64,000 nucleotides of DNA, from the NCBI GenBank assembly GCA_024234935.1, contig JACKNI010000007.1, positions 11,454-75,453 of the forward strand, written 5' to 3'. Position numbers and translations under genes: made by a program. The DNA comes from Chromatiales bacterium. GTDB taxonomy: Bacteria > Pseudomonadota > Gammaproteobacteria > Steroidobacterales > GCA-2729495. Under the pieces are notes generated by a model. The model was not told the DNA's origin and made no database searches. It saw nothing but the letters and a program-made list of their open reading frames with translations. Shown one piece after another: positions 9,163-17,506 of the stretch (its first letter is position 1; the number at the start of each line of letters is the position of its first letter).

Positions 9163-10595
9163 GAGGTGACACTCAGGGTGGCGTCGATACAGAACAGGAT
9201 GTCGTTGAAGCTGCTGTTGACGGCGCCGGACTGGTAGTTGCCGTTGCCGGCGACATTCGGGTGGTTGCTCGCGTTGCGACCTTCCAGATAGTTGCTGATA
9301 TCGCTGCGTGTGTCGGCATTCATCGGCGGCTCATCGCGAATCTGGTCAAGTGCCGCAAGCCGGCTGCCGGAAAACATCACGATGGCCGCATACGCGCCCG
9401 TACCGTTCACACGGAGGCAGGTCGTGCAGCTCGTGACCGGTGTGGCGTTTGGCTGGAAGTCCATCGCGACGGCGTAGAACAGGTGGTCTTTCCAGTGCTG
9501 CCAGAGCGCAGCCATCGTGGGCGTCCATTCGGGAACGGTGGCGGTATTGCAGGCGCTGAGGACACCGGTTGAACCATTGCCCGTGCGGCTGTTGGAATCG
9601 TTGACGATGTTGGCTACGCGGCCGCTCAGTTCTCCGACCGGCGTGTCGTTGTACTGCGGTGCGCTCCGGTATTCGGCCAGATCCACCGGTGCGGGCCAGG
9701 GCAGTCTGGGGTCGGCCGCGCCGCCCGGATTGCGCTTGCCGTAGTCGGCAATGCATCGGGCTGCCGCGCTGGTCAGCGCGGTGAGCTGCGCGGTCACGTC
9801 GGCGCGGCGCATGAGGCGATCCTCGATTTCGCCGCGCGTGATGAAGATCATCTGGTCGTTGACCGCAGTACCGCCCGGATCGGCAGCAATGAAATCGTCG
9901 ATGGCATCGGCAGCATTGCTCACAGTGCTGTTGTTGATGCCGGAGGCGGCATCATTGTCGAGATAACGTGACGCAACGTAACTGCCACCGCATTGCTCGA
10001 CGCCGCTGGCGATTGTGGCGCGGGTCTGTCCGGTGATCGGCGGCCCCGGCGCGATGATGACCGCAACCGGCCGCTCACCTGCGGTAACCCCGGCAATCAG
10101 TGTGCTGCCATCAGCGGCAAGCACGCGGAACTGGCCACTGGAGTCCGTGTTCAGCAGCTCGGGTTCATTCGCAGCGGCGGCTTTCCATGTGCCAGATACC
10201 GCATACCAGAGACATTCGCTGCCTTTGCCGCGACCGGGGTCGATGCCAATCGTCCGCCACGGAAAGCGGCCCAGCATGTTGCGATAGCGGGCGCCGCAGT
10301 TTGTTTCGTGGGCTTCACCTTCGGCGGTGCTGCCGGTGGCATCGATATCCGGACAGGGCAGAAAGCCGTATTTTCCGGGGTGAGTTGCATCGTGTGTGAC
10401 GACGTAGCCGAGCAGGGCTTCCTTGGCATCGGCGAGGGCGGCAGCGTTTTTCGCGGTGCGCGAGGCTGAAGCCAGCTGGCCACTGATGTTGCGCGAAAAA
10501 AGCACGACGGCGCCCAGTACCAGCAACAGCAGCATGAGCAGCAGGGCGGCACCCTGTTGCCGGTCACGTGCAGGAATGGCGGCGATGCTGCGCAC
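9156..10595 (-). CDS. large GspK/PilX-like minor pseudopilin (Cys-rich, no Glu+5)
   Basis: 479 aa. N-terminus RDRQQG|AALLLMLLLLVLGAVVLF resembles GspK-type pseudopilin leaders. Shares the motif EAL(I/L)GY..HD...LPCP with the 264-aa pilin. About a dozen Cys. Confidence 0.5.
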   Translation of the reverse strand: MRSIAAIPARDRQQGAALLLMLLLLVLGAVVLFSRNISGQLASASRTAKNAAALADAKEALLGYVVTHDATHPGKYGFLPCPDIDATGSTAEGEAHETNCGARYRNMLGRFPWRTIGIDPGRGKGSECLWYAVSGTWKAAAANEPELLNTDSSGQFRVLAADGSTLIAGVTAGERPVAVIIAPGPPITGQTRATIASGVEQCGGSYVASRYLDNDAASGINNSTVSNAADAIDDFIAADPGGTAVNDQMIFITRGEIEDRLMRRADVTAQLTALTSAAARCIADYGKRNPGGAADPRLPWPAPVDLAEYRSAPQYNDTPVGELSGRVANIVNDSNSRTGNGSTGVLSACNTATVPEWTPTMAALWQHWKDHLFYAVAMDFQPNATPVTSCTTCLRVNGTGAYAAIVMFSGSRLAALDQIRDEPPMNADTRSDISNYLEGRNASNHPNVAGNGNYQSGAVNSSFNDILFCIDATLSVTSC

Positions 10596-10604
10596 GGGCG
10601 TGCG

Positions 10605-11051
10605 TCAGGGGGTCCAGCTCTGGCCCGGTTTGAGCCTCACGCTGCGGCCGTCGGCAGTGTCCAGCAGCGTTACCGTATTCTGCGTGTCAGGCCCACGACG
10701 GACCTGCACCGGTGAGTCCTTGCTGGATGCGGCGCGGCCGTTTATCCAGACCATCGGCGGCCCGTCACTGCGTTTCAGTATGCCGTTCAGCACCACCCGG
10801 CCGCCAATCGGCGCACTGGCCGCTGCATCAGGATTGCCAGGATGAATCGACGGCCGCGCGGCATCCAGCGCACGTCGCTCTTCGTCGGTCATGAACAGGC
10901 GGCCCAGGCCGGGCGACATCTGCTGATCGAGTGCAACAGCCGGCTGGCTGCCAGCGAGCATGTTGCAGGCCACCAGGCCGAGCGCTGACAGGACTGGCAA
11001 CAGCGTGCGGTGGCGTGCGGAAATACAGGGGTAGCTGCTGCTCATCATCAC
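10605..11051 (-). CDS. PilP/MshK-like lipoprotein (pilus alignment subcomplex)
   Basis: 148 aa; lipobox ALGLVAC|N. The C-terminal part (VVLNGILKRSDGPPMVWINGRAA...VRLKPGQSW) resembles the PilP / GspC-HR beta-sandwich. Position in the operon fits. Confidence 0.4.
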   Translation of the reverse strand: MMMSSSYPCISARHRTLLPVLSALGLVACNMLAGSQPAVALDQQMSPGLGRLFMTDEERRALDAARPSIHPGNPDAAASAPIGGRVVLNGILKRSDGPPMVWINGRAASSKDSPVQVRRGPDTQNTVTLLDTADGRSVRLKPGQSWTP

Positions 11052-11674
11052 TCTCCGTGGTTGACAGCCGCGAGGCTGGTGCCGGACGGGATCGAAAACC
11101 AGACCAGCTCGCAGCTGCCGCTGAGATTGGCTTGATCGCTTTCCGGCGGAGCGTTGCGCTCCAGGCGCTCGATATTGCAGGAACGTACGTGGAACAGGCC
11201 CGGTGCGTCCCCGAGTTTGTCCAGCAGTCTCAGCAGATCCGCTTCATGGACGAGGCCGAGCTGCAGGTCCATCGGGGTGTCGAATACCGGGGCGCTGATG
11301 CCAGCCACGAGATACGGCGCTGCAAAAACTTCCTGCGGCCCGGTCGTGTAACGCAGGTAGGGCAAGCCAAGTGTCGCGGCGCTGTTGCGGAGTGCCTGCA
11401 CCCACTGCAGCCGCTGGTCGGGGCCAACGATGCCGTTCCCGGTCAGCTGGCGATAAATGGCTGAAAACTGCTCGCGCGCCTCGCGCCGGCTGATCAGTTC
11501 CCTGCGCTCCTGCTCGATGCTGGCCAGTTCCTGACGTTCCGCCTCCAGCGTGTTGTCCAGGCGCGTGCGATATACCGTGGTGGTGCCCCACAGCGCCGCT
11601 CCGGCCAGCAGGCAGAGTGCCGGCAGCAGCATGCCCTCACGCAGAAATCTCCAGTCAGGGTCAGGCCTTGTCAT
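11048..11674 (-). CDS. PilO/MshJ/GspM-like bitopic membrane protein
   Basis: 208 aa; one TM (MLLPALCLLAGAALWG), then a coiled coil (LEAERQELASIEQERRELISRREAREQ) and an alpha/beta domain; 4-nt overlap with the downstream gene. Confidence 0.45.
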   Translation of the reverse strand: MTRPDPDWRFLREGMLLPALCLLAGAALWGTTTVYRTRLDNTLEAERQELASIEQERRELISRREAREQFSAIYRQLTGNGIVGPDQRLQWVQALRNSAATLGLPYLRYTTGPQEVFAAPYLVAGISAPVFDTPMDLQLGLVHEADLLRLLDKLGDAPGLFHVRSCNIERLERNAPPESDQANLSGSCELVWFSIPSGTSLAAVNHGE

Positions 11675-13259
11675 TGCCGGTCCTCATGACGATATCGATG
11701 GCGAAAGTGGCTTCCCCGGCCTTGTCCTCACGGGAAACCTCACCGCTCAGCGTTGAGGTGGGCCGGATGTCCAGCGGCTGTTGCCGGGCGTTTACCGAGG
11801 TCACCCGCGGGTCTGCGCGCAGGCTGTTCATGAAGCTTTCAACTTCGGCAAAGGCCAGAGGGTAACTGCGGTCGAAGGGCTCGATACGTCCGCGCACCGT
11901 GATGCGGATCCGGCCCACAGCCGGCATGCCGGTGCCTGCATCGTCTCCGGATTCTGTCTCCGCGTCTGTTGGTGCTTCGCTGCCCTCGTCCGGGGCAGGA
12001 TTGAAGGCCGCGAGCGGCGACCAGCCTATGGCGTCGATCTGCAGTCGGGGCTGCCGATCTACCGCGCGGCTGACCAGTTCGAAGATCTCCCGCGGCTCGG
12101 TACGGTTGGCTACGAGCGCCTGCCAGGCGCTGACGACCTCGCGCATCTGCAGCGGATCCATACCGCTGTAAGCCTGATATTCGGAGTGGGTCTGCACGCC
12201 CGCAGTCACGGTGTCGAGCGAGTTGCTGACCTCGCGTGTTTCCATCCTGGTATCGAGGAGCGACAGGCCATTCCAGGTGCCGGCGAGGAGTGCCGTGGTG
12301 CCGAGCACCAGACAAGCCGCCTGCGCGTATTTCCGGACCTGCCCCAGATGGAAATATTGTCGTCCACCGGTGGGCAGGTAATTTGCGGCAGGCGCGTGGC
12401 GGCGCAGGGTTTCAATGAACAGCAGATCGGCCTGGCCGGGACGCAGCTCTGCCCCGATGCCGAGCTCGGCCGTTACGCTGTCCAGGCTTGCCGGATGCAG
12501 ATGAAAGCCTTCGTGCCCGCCGCCAGCTGCAGCTGCATTTTTTTGCGCCGCTGCCGGTTCACCGAGCAGAAACACATCGAGGGGGTTGGTTGCGCTGACG
12601 ATGAAGCTGGGGTCGAAGTAGCGCACGCTTTCATCGAGCTGGCGCAGCAGGTGGAGCATGTCACCCGGACGCGCCGACAGCGACTTTCGCAGCAGGCGGC
12701 TGCTGATCAGCTTGCGGTCGCGGAAAAAGGCCAGACGCAGGCGTCCTTCCTGATCGCGCGTGACCAGCAATGCAGCGGCTGTGCAGCCGGCGGTCTTTGT
12801 TTGCAGCTTTTCGAGGACGGTCAGACTCAGCAGGGCCGGGCTGCAGATCCCGGCGACCGGCAGCTTCGCAGCGGTCAGCTGTTCGATAAGCGTGCGGAGA
12901 TGGTCCGGTTTGGTCAGCGCGCTGAACAGGACATCCTGCCCCTGTGTGCTGTCGGTCGCTCGGCCCTGCACCGTTGCCGTGCTGAACTCGGTGCGTGGAA
13001 AAGCGCGCGCGAGTTTGCGTTCGAGCATGGCTTTCCGGTCGCGTCGGCCAAGCCTGGCAATCCGGTCCCGGCTGTACACCTCCTCGAGTACGTCGGCGAT
13101 GATGTAGATGGTTCCGCCATTCTGGCGCAGGAAGGCGAGCAGCCTGGAAGGCTCTCCGGAAACCGGTGAGTAGCTGGCAACCGGCATGTAGCTGTCACCA
13201 TGCCAGGTGTACAGCACACCGCTGTCGATGCCGAGATGAATGACGTGTTGTACGCGCAT
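11661..13259 (-). CDS. PilM-PilN fusion-like / MshI / GspL-like assembly protein
   Basis: ORF 11661-13304. ATG at 13259 preferred, 2 nt after the upstream stop. A cytoplasmic domain of about 330 aa, one TM (AACLVLGTTALLAGTW) and a periplasmic domain of about 180 aa match the topology of MshI/GspL. Confidence 0.45.
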   Translation of the reverse strand: MRVQHVIHLGIDSGVLYTWHGDSYMPVASYSPVSGEPSRLLAFLRQNGGTIYIIADVLEEVYSRDRIARLGRRDRKAMLERKLARAFPRTEFSTATVQGRATDSTQGQDVLFSALTKPDHLRTLIEQLTAAKLPVAGICSPALLSLTVLEKLQTKTAGCTAAALLVTRDQEGRLRLAFFRDRKLISSRLLRKSLSARPGDMLHLLRQLDESVRYFDPSFIVSATNPLDVFLLGEPAAAQKNAAAAGGGHEGFHLHPASLDSVTAELGIGAELRPGQADLLFIETLRRHAPAANYLPTGGRQYFHLGQVRKYAQAACLVLGTTALLAGTWNGLSLLDTRMETREVSNSLDTVTAGVQTHSEYQAYSGMDPLQMREVVSAWQALVANRTEPREIFELVSRAVDRQPRLQIDAIGWSPLAAFNPAPDEGSEAPTDAETESGDDAGTGMPAVGRIRITVRGRIEPFDRSYPLAFAEVESFMNSLRADPRVTSVNARQQPLDIRPTSTLSGEVSREDKAGEATFAIDIVMRTGNDKA

Positions 13260-13260
13260 G

Positions 13261-14469
13261 TCAGATGGTCCCGAGTTTGCCGATGGTGTCGTAGATGGGA
13301 CCAAGCACCGAGAGCATCACCCAGCCAAGGATGAGTCCGAGGATGACGGTCATGGCCGGTTCGATGAGTGTCTGCAGGCGGTTAACTGCCTCGTTGACTT
13401 CGCGGTTATAGAAGTAGGTGACGTTTTCCAGCGCTTCATCGAGTTTGCCGATGTCTTCGCCCATCTTCACCATGCGCAGGACGAGTGGTGGAAAGAGCCC
13501 GGCCTGGCCGATCGATCCGCTCAGCGAGTTGCCTTCATCGACATAGGCCGAGACCTCGTCAATCGCTTCGGCGATAACGACATTTCCTGCCAGTTCACGC
13601 GAGGTCTTCAGTGCATCGACGATGGTGATGCCGGACGCATACATGATCTGGAAGTAGGTGACGAAGCGGCTCATGATGATCTTGCTGAGGATGGGTCCGA
13701 AGACCCACACCTGCAGTTTCAGCCGGTCGAAGGCCCGCCGTGATCCGGCGTCGTGTCTGACCAGCCAGTTCCCCATGATCCCCAGCACGACCGGACCGCC
13801 AAGCAGCAGGTACCAGAACTCGACAACTACATCGGAGGTCGCGATCAACGCTCTGGTGTGCAGGGGCATGTCCTGGCCCATGGTTTTCAGGAATGCACCC
13901 ATTTGCGGCACGACATAGAGCATCAGGAAGAACACCACGGCAAACACCACGGTGCCGACAAAGGCCGGGTAGAGCATGAGCTTTTTTGTCTGTGCGATCA
14001 GCTCATCCTGCCATTTCAATGTCTCCGTCATCCGTGCCAGGACCTGGGACAGTTCACCGGAGCGTTCACCGGCACGCACCAGGGCGACAAAAACGTGGTC
14101 AAAGGTGGCGGGATAATCGCCCAGCGCTTCAGACAGGCTCTTTCCGCCTTCGACAGCCAGTGATATCGAGGCGAGTACGTTTCGAAACGAGGGGTTGGCT
14201 GTGCTGTCGCGCAGGTCGCGCAGTGCCTCGAGTATCGGCAGGCCGGCGCGATGGGCCTGCTCGAGATGGAAGCAGAAATTGATGAGTTCTCGCCGGTCGA
14301 CTTTCTTGCCGGCGGCGCCGATCTGGCGTCTGCTGAGTGGGCGGCAGGTGACCAGCTGCAGCCCGATCTGCAACAGGCGCGAGTCGAGCTCTGTTTCGCT
14401 GTTTGCCGCCAGCTCACCATGCAAGATGCGGCCGCTGGCATCGACGGCGCGATAGTTGAAGGCAGTCAC
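13261..14469 (-). CDS. type II secretion system F family platform protein (PilC/GspF/MshG-like)
   Basis: 402 aa with two T2SSF-type repeats (LEQAHRAGLPILEALRDL... / MYASGITIVDALKTS...) and three TM segments. Confidence 0.9.
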   Translation of the reverse strand: MTAFNYRAVDASGRILHGELAANSETELDSRLLQIGLQLVTCRPLSRRQIGAAGKKVDRRELINFCFHLEQAHRAGLPILEALRDLRDSTANPSFRNVLASISLAVEGGKSLSEALGDYPATFDHVFVALVRAGERSGELSQVLARMTETLKWQDELIAQTKKLMLYPAFVGTVVFAVVFFLMLYVVPQMGAFLKTMGQDMPLHTRALIATSDVVVEFWYLLLGGPVVLGIMGNWLVRHDAGSRRAFDRLKLQVWVFGPILSKIIMSRFVTYFQIMYASGITIVDALKTSRELAGNVVIAEAIDEVSAYVDEGNSLSGSIGQAGLFPPLVLRMVKMGEDIGKLDEALENVTYFYNREVNEAVNRLQTLIEPAMTVILGLILGWVMLSVLGPIYDTIGKLGTI

Positions 14470-16238
14470 CGTGTCGCTCCGAGTGCGCGCTCGGTCAGGT
14501 CGATGACGCGCGCAATTTCGTCGAGGCTCGTGTCGCCGCTCAGCACACGGCGGATGCCGTCGTCGGCCAGGGGCCGGAAGCCGCTGGCCACCGCAATGGC
14601 GCGCAGTTCACCCAGCGACTTGTTGCCTGCCAGTGCTTCGTCCAGTTCAGCGTCGAAGCGCACGATTTCCATGATGGACATGCGGCCGCGGTAACCGACC
14701 TGATTGCAGTGGCTGCAGCCCTTGCTGCGATAGATGGTCAGCTCGGCGGCCGCGTCAATTCCCATCAGCCGCCGTTCGATATCGCTGGCTTCGTAAGCCT
14801 CCTTGCACTCGGGGCACAATCGCCGGACCAGCCGTTGCGCGACGATGCCGATGATGTTGCCAGCCAGCACGCCAGGCTTCAGGCCGATGTCCAGCAGGCG
14901 TGGAATTGCCCCGAGCGCGGAGTTCGTATGCAGAGTGGAATACACCTGATGCCCGGTCATGGCGGCGCGAAAGGCCATTTCTGCCGTCGCTTCGTCGCGG
15001 ATTTCACCGACCAGAATGATGTCCGGATCCTGGCGCATCAGGGAACGGATGCCGGTGGCAAAGTCGAGCTTCACCGCGTCGGCCAGGGAAGTCTGGCGAA
15101 TCATCGGGAAGGGATATTCGACAGGGTCTTCGAGCGTCATGATGTTGACGGATTCGTCGTTGCGGTAGCCCAGAATCGAATACAGCGTGGTGGTCTTGCC
15201 GCTGCCGGTCGGGCCGGTGACCAGGATCACGCCTTCCGGCCGCGCCAGCAGCATCTTCAGCAGTGTCAGCTGATCCTCCGGCAGGCCAAGTCCGTCCAGC
15301 GGCACGATGCCCGCGCGCCGGTCGAGAATGCGCAGCACGATGTTTTCACCGTGGATGGTCGGCTGGGTAGCGACGCGGAAGTCCACCGTGCGGCCGCCGA
15401 TCGTCAATGCGATGTGGCCGTCCTGGGGCGCGCGCGTTTCGGTGATATCCATGCCGGCCATGACCTTGATGCGCACCACGATGGCGGCGAGGAATTTCCG
15501 GTGCACTGTCGAGACCTGGTGCAGCACACCGTCTACGCGATAGCGCACGCGGACAAAGCCGTCCTCGGGCTCGATATGCACATCCGATGCGCGCCGCCTG
15601 ACGGCGTCGCCGAGCAGCGCATCGATCAGGCGCACCATCGGCTGCGTGAGGTTGTCCGCACCGCGCGCAACAGCGCCCCGGTCCGTTGCGGGGGAATCGA
15701 TTTCCTGCAGGATCGCTGCCAGCGACAGCTCCTTGTCGTAGATGTTCTCGATTGCGCCCTGGATCTCTGCTTCGCTGGCCAGCAGTGTCCGGATCTCGAT
15801 CTGTCCGCCGAGCATTGCCGATACCTGGTCGCGTGCGACCACGTCGAAGGTATCTGCCATGGCCATGGTCAGGACACGGGTCACCGGGTTGAATGCAACA
15901 GGCAGCACGCGAAAGCGTCGCGCAACGTCCTCGGGCAACAGCGCGACTGCCGCGGCATCCGGCACGACCTTCGAAAGATCGATGCTTTCGACGCGGAGCA
16001 TTTCTGCGAGCATGTCGCGTACGACGGACTCGGGGACGAGCCCCAGCCTGGCGATGACCTTGCCTATGCGTTCGTTCGACTGTTTCTGTTCGGTGAGCGC
16101 GACACGCAGCTGGTCGCGGGTGATCAGCCCTTTCTCGACCAGGAATTCGCCAAGCTGCTTGCGTGGACCGCGGCGCTCACCGGCCTGTGTTTCGGCCGGC
16201 GCACTACGGGAACCGGGCTTGCTGTTGGGGGATGTCAT
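14466..16238 (-). CDS. GspE/PilB/MshE-family assembly ATPase
   Basis: 590 aa. N-terminal T2SSE_N-like LGEFLVEKGLITRDQLRVALTEQ; Walker A GPTGSGKTT; LMRQDPDIILVGEIRD; tetracysteine CPECKEAY...CSHCNQVGYRGR. Confidence 0.92.
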   Translation of the reverse strand: MTSPNSKPGSRSAPAETQAGERRGPRKQLGEFLVEKGLITRDQLRVALTEQKQSNERIGKVIARLGLVPESVVRDMLAEMLRVESIDLSKVVPDAAAVALLPEDVARRFRVLPVAFNPVTRVLTMAMADTFDVVARDQVSAMLGGQIEIRTLLASEAEIQGAIENIYDKELSLAAILQEIDSPATDRGAVARGADNLTQPMVRLIDALLGDAVRRRASDVHIEPEDGFVRVRYRVDGVLHQVSTVHRKFLAAIVVRIKVMAGMDITETRAPQDGHIALTIGGRTVDFRVATQPTIHGENIVLRILDRRAGIVPLDGLGLPEDQLTLLKMLLARPEGVILVTGPTGSGKTTTLYSILGYRNDESVNIMTLEDPVEYPFPMIRQTSLADAVKLDFATGIRSLMRQDPDIILVGEIRDEATAEMAFRAAMTGHQVYSTLHTNSALGAIPRLLDIGLKPGVLAGNIIGIVAQRLVRRLCPECKEAYEASDIERRLMGIDAAAELTIYRSKGCSHCNQVGYRGRMSIMEIVRFDAELDEALAGNKSLGELRAIAVASGFRPLADDGIRRVLSGDTSLDEIARVIDLTERALGATR

Positions 16239-16249
16239 GACGACGTGGC

Positions 16250-17506
16250 CTATCGGGCTGCCGCGCGCAGGCTGTCCAGCCGCTGCCGGGCCGCCGCAGC
16301 GTCAAACAACGCACTGCCGTTTGCGAGAGCCAGGGCGCGTTCGTAGTAGGCAGCAGCAGCCGTTCCCTGACCAAGCTGGTCCAGGCTCACCGCCAGGTTA
16401 TAGGCATAGTCGGCATTGACCGGTTCGTTGCGCACAGCCTCAAAGAAGGCCTGCTGGGCCTCCGGCCAGCGCCCGGCGCTGACATACTGCAGTCCGAGTG
16501 CGAAGTGCAGCTGGGCGGCGCCTGGCTGCTCGCGCAGCATGTTCTTCAGCCGGGTTTCATTGCCCGTATCGCCGTTGGCTGATGCGCCCGCTGGCAAGGT
16601 CGAGAGGGCGGCAACAGCGGCTGAATTCTTCGGATCAGCTTCGAGCACTGATTTGTAAAGTGACTGGGCTTCCTGCTCACGGTCACTACGCAAGGCGATC
16701 GCCGCCAGTCCAAGCAGCGCATCCACATTGTGCGCGTCAGCCGCCTGCACTTCGCGATAAAGGCTCTCGGCCTGCGCATAGTCGGCAGCCTGAAAAGCAC
16801 TCCACGCTTCGCTGAGTTTTGGAAACAGCGGATTCTCCGTGGTGCCCCGCGAGATCTTGATCTGCGTTGTGGTTTCCGGCGTTTCTACAGCTGGCGTGTC
16901 ATACCAGTCGGTGTCCTTGCCGACCATAGCAGCCGGCGGAGCGGTCGGCGGGTCGGCCACTTCCTTGCGCAGCGGGCGTACCACGGGCTGCGGTGTTGCC
17001 ACTTCGCTGACTTGCTGTTGCGCCGGCCTTGCCTGAAGCGCTTCTGGCGGGATGACCACCGACTGATCGTCCCCGCGGTTTGCCGTGTATTGCAGGAGTA
17101 TGGAAATGGCCGTCGTTACGGTCAGCAGGATCAGTACCAGGCTGCCGATCAGCAGTGAAGTGTTGCGGCGGACGCGTTGCCTGCGCTGGTTGACCGCAAA
17201 CGACTGGGACGCATCGGCTGCATTGTCCTGCGGATCACCGGGCACACCGCCAAAGGTGTCTGCTACCGTCCCGGCATCGTGATGTTGTTCAGCGGCCTGC
17301 GACGCCTGCTGCTGGCCGATGGTGAGTTCGGGCATGCTGTCATCTGCATCGCTCGCCACCAGCGCTTCTGCAGTGCCGCGATTATCCACGGCAAGATGCA
17401 GCTCAACGGTCTGCATATGACTCTCGGCTGATCTCTGCGCGACGATGGTCTCGTCAGCTGCAGGCTGTGCCGGCTTTTTCTGCAGGATGTCGAGCAGGGA
17501 GCTCAT
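16250..17506 (-). CDS. TPR-repeat membrane protein (MshN-like)
   Basis: 418 aa; central TM (LLIGSLVLILLTVTTAISILL) followed by TPR units (ADYAQAESLYREVQAADAHNVDALLGLAAIALR..., AQLHFALGLQYVSAGRWPEAQQAFFEAV...). Confidence 0.7.
   Translation of the reverse strand: MSSLLDILQKKPAQPAADETIVAQRSAESHMQTVELHLAVDNRGTAEALVASDADDSMPELTIGQQQASQAAEQHHDAGTVADTFGGVPGDPQDNAADASQSFAVNQRRQRVRRNTSLLIGSLVLILLTVTTAISILLQYTANRGDDQSVVIPPEALQARPAQQQVSEVATPQPVVRPLRKEVADPPTAPPAAMVGKDTDWYDTPAVETPETTTQIKISRGTTENPLFPKLSEAWSAFQAADYAQAESLYREVQAADAHNVDALLGLAAIALRSDREQEAQSLYKSVLEADPKNSAAVAALSTLPAGASANGDTGNETRLKNMLREQPGAAQLHFALGLQYVSAGRWPEAQQAFFEAVRNEPVNADYAYNLAVSLDQLGQGTAAAAYYERALALANGSALFDAAAARQRLDSLRAAAR

Noticed and set aside
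11781-16346. Long + strand ORFs (11781-13169, 14709-16346; also 18421-19422) inside the pilus operon
   Set aside because: They lie opposite the GspE, GspF and secretin genes, whose motifs are unambiguous. They have no motifs of their own and an atypical composition.
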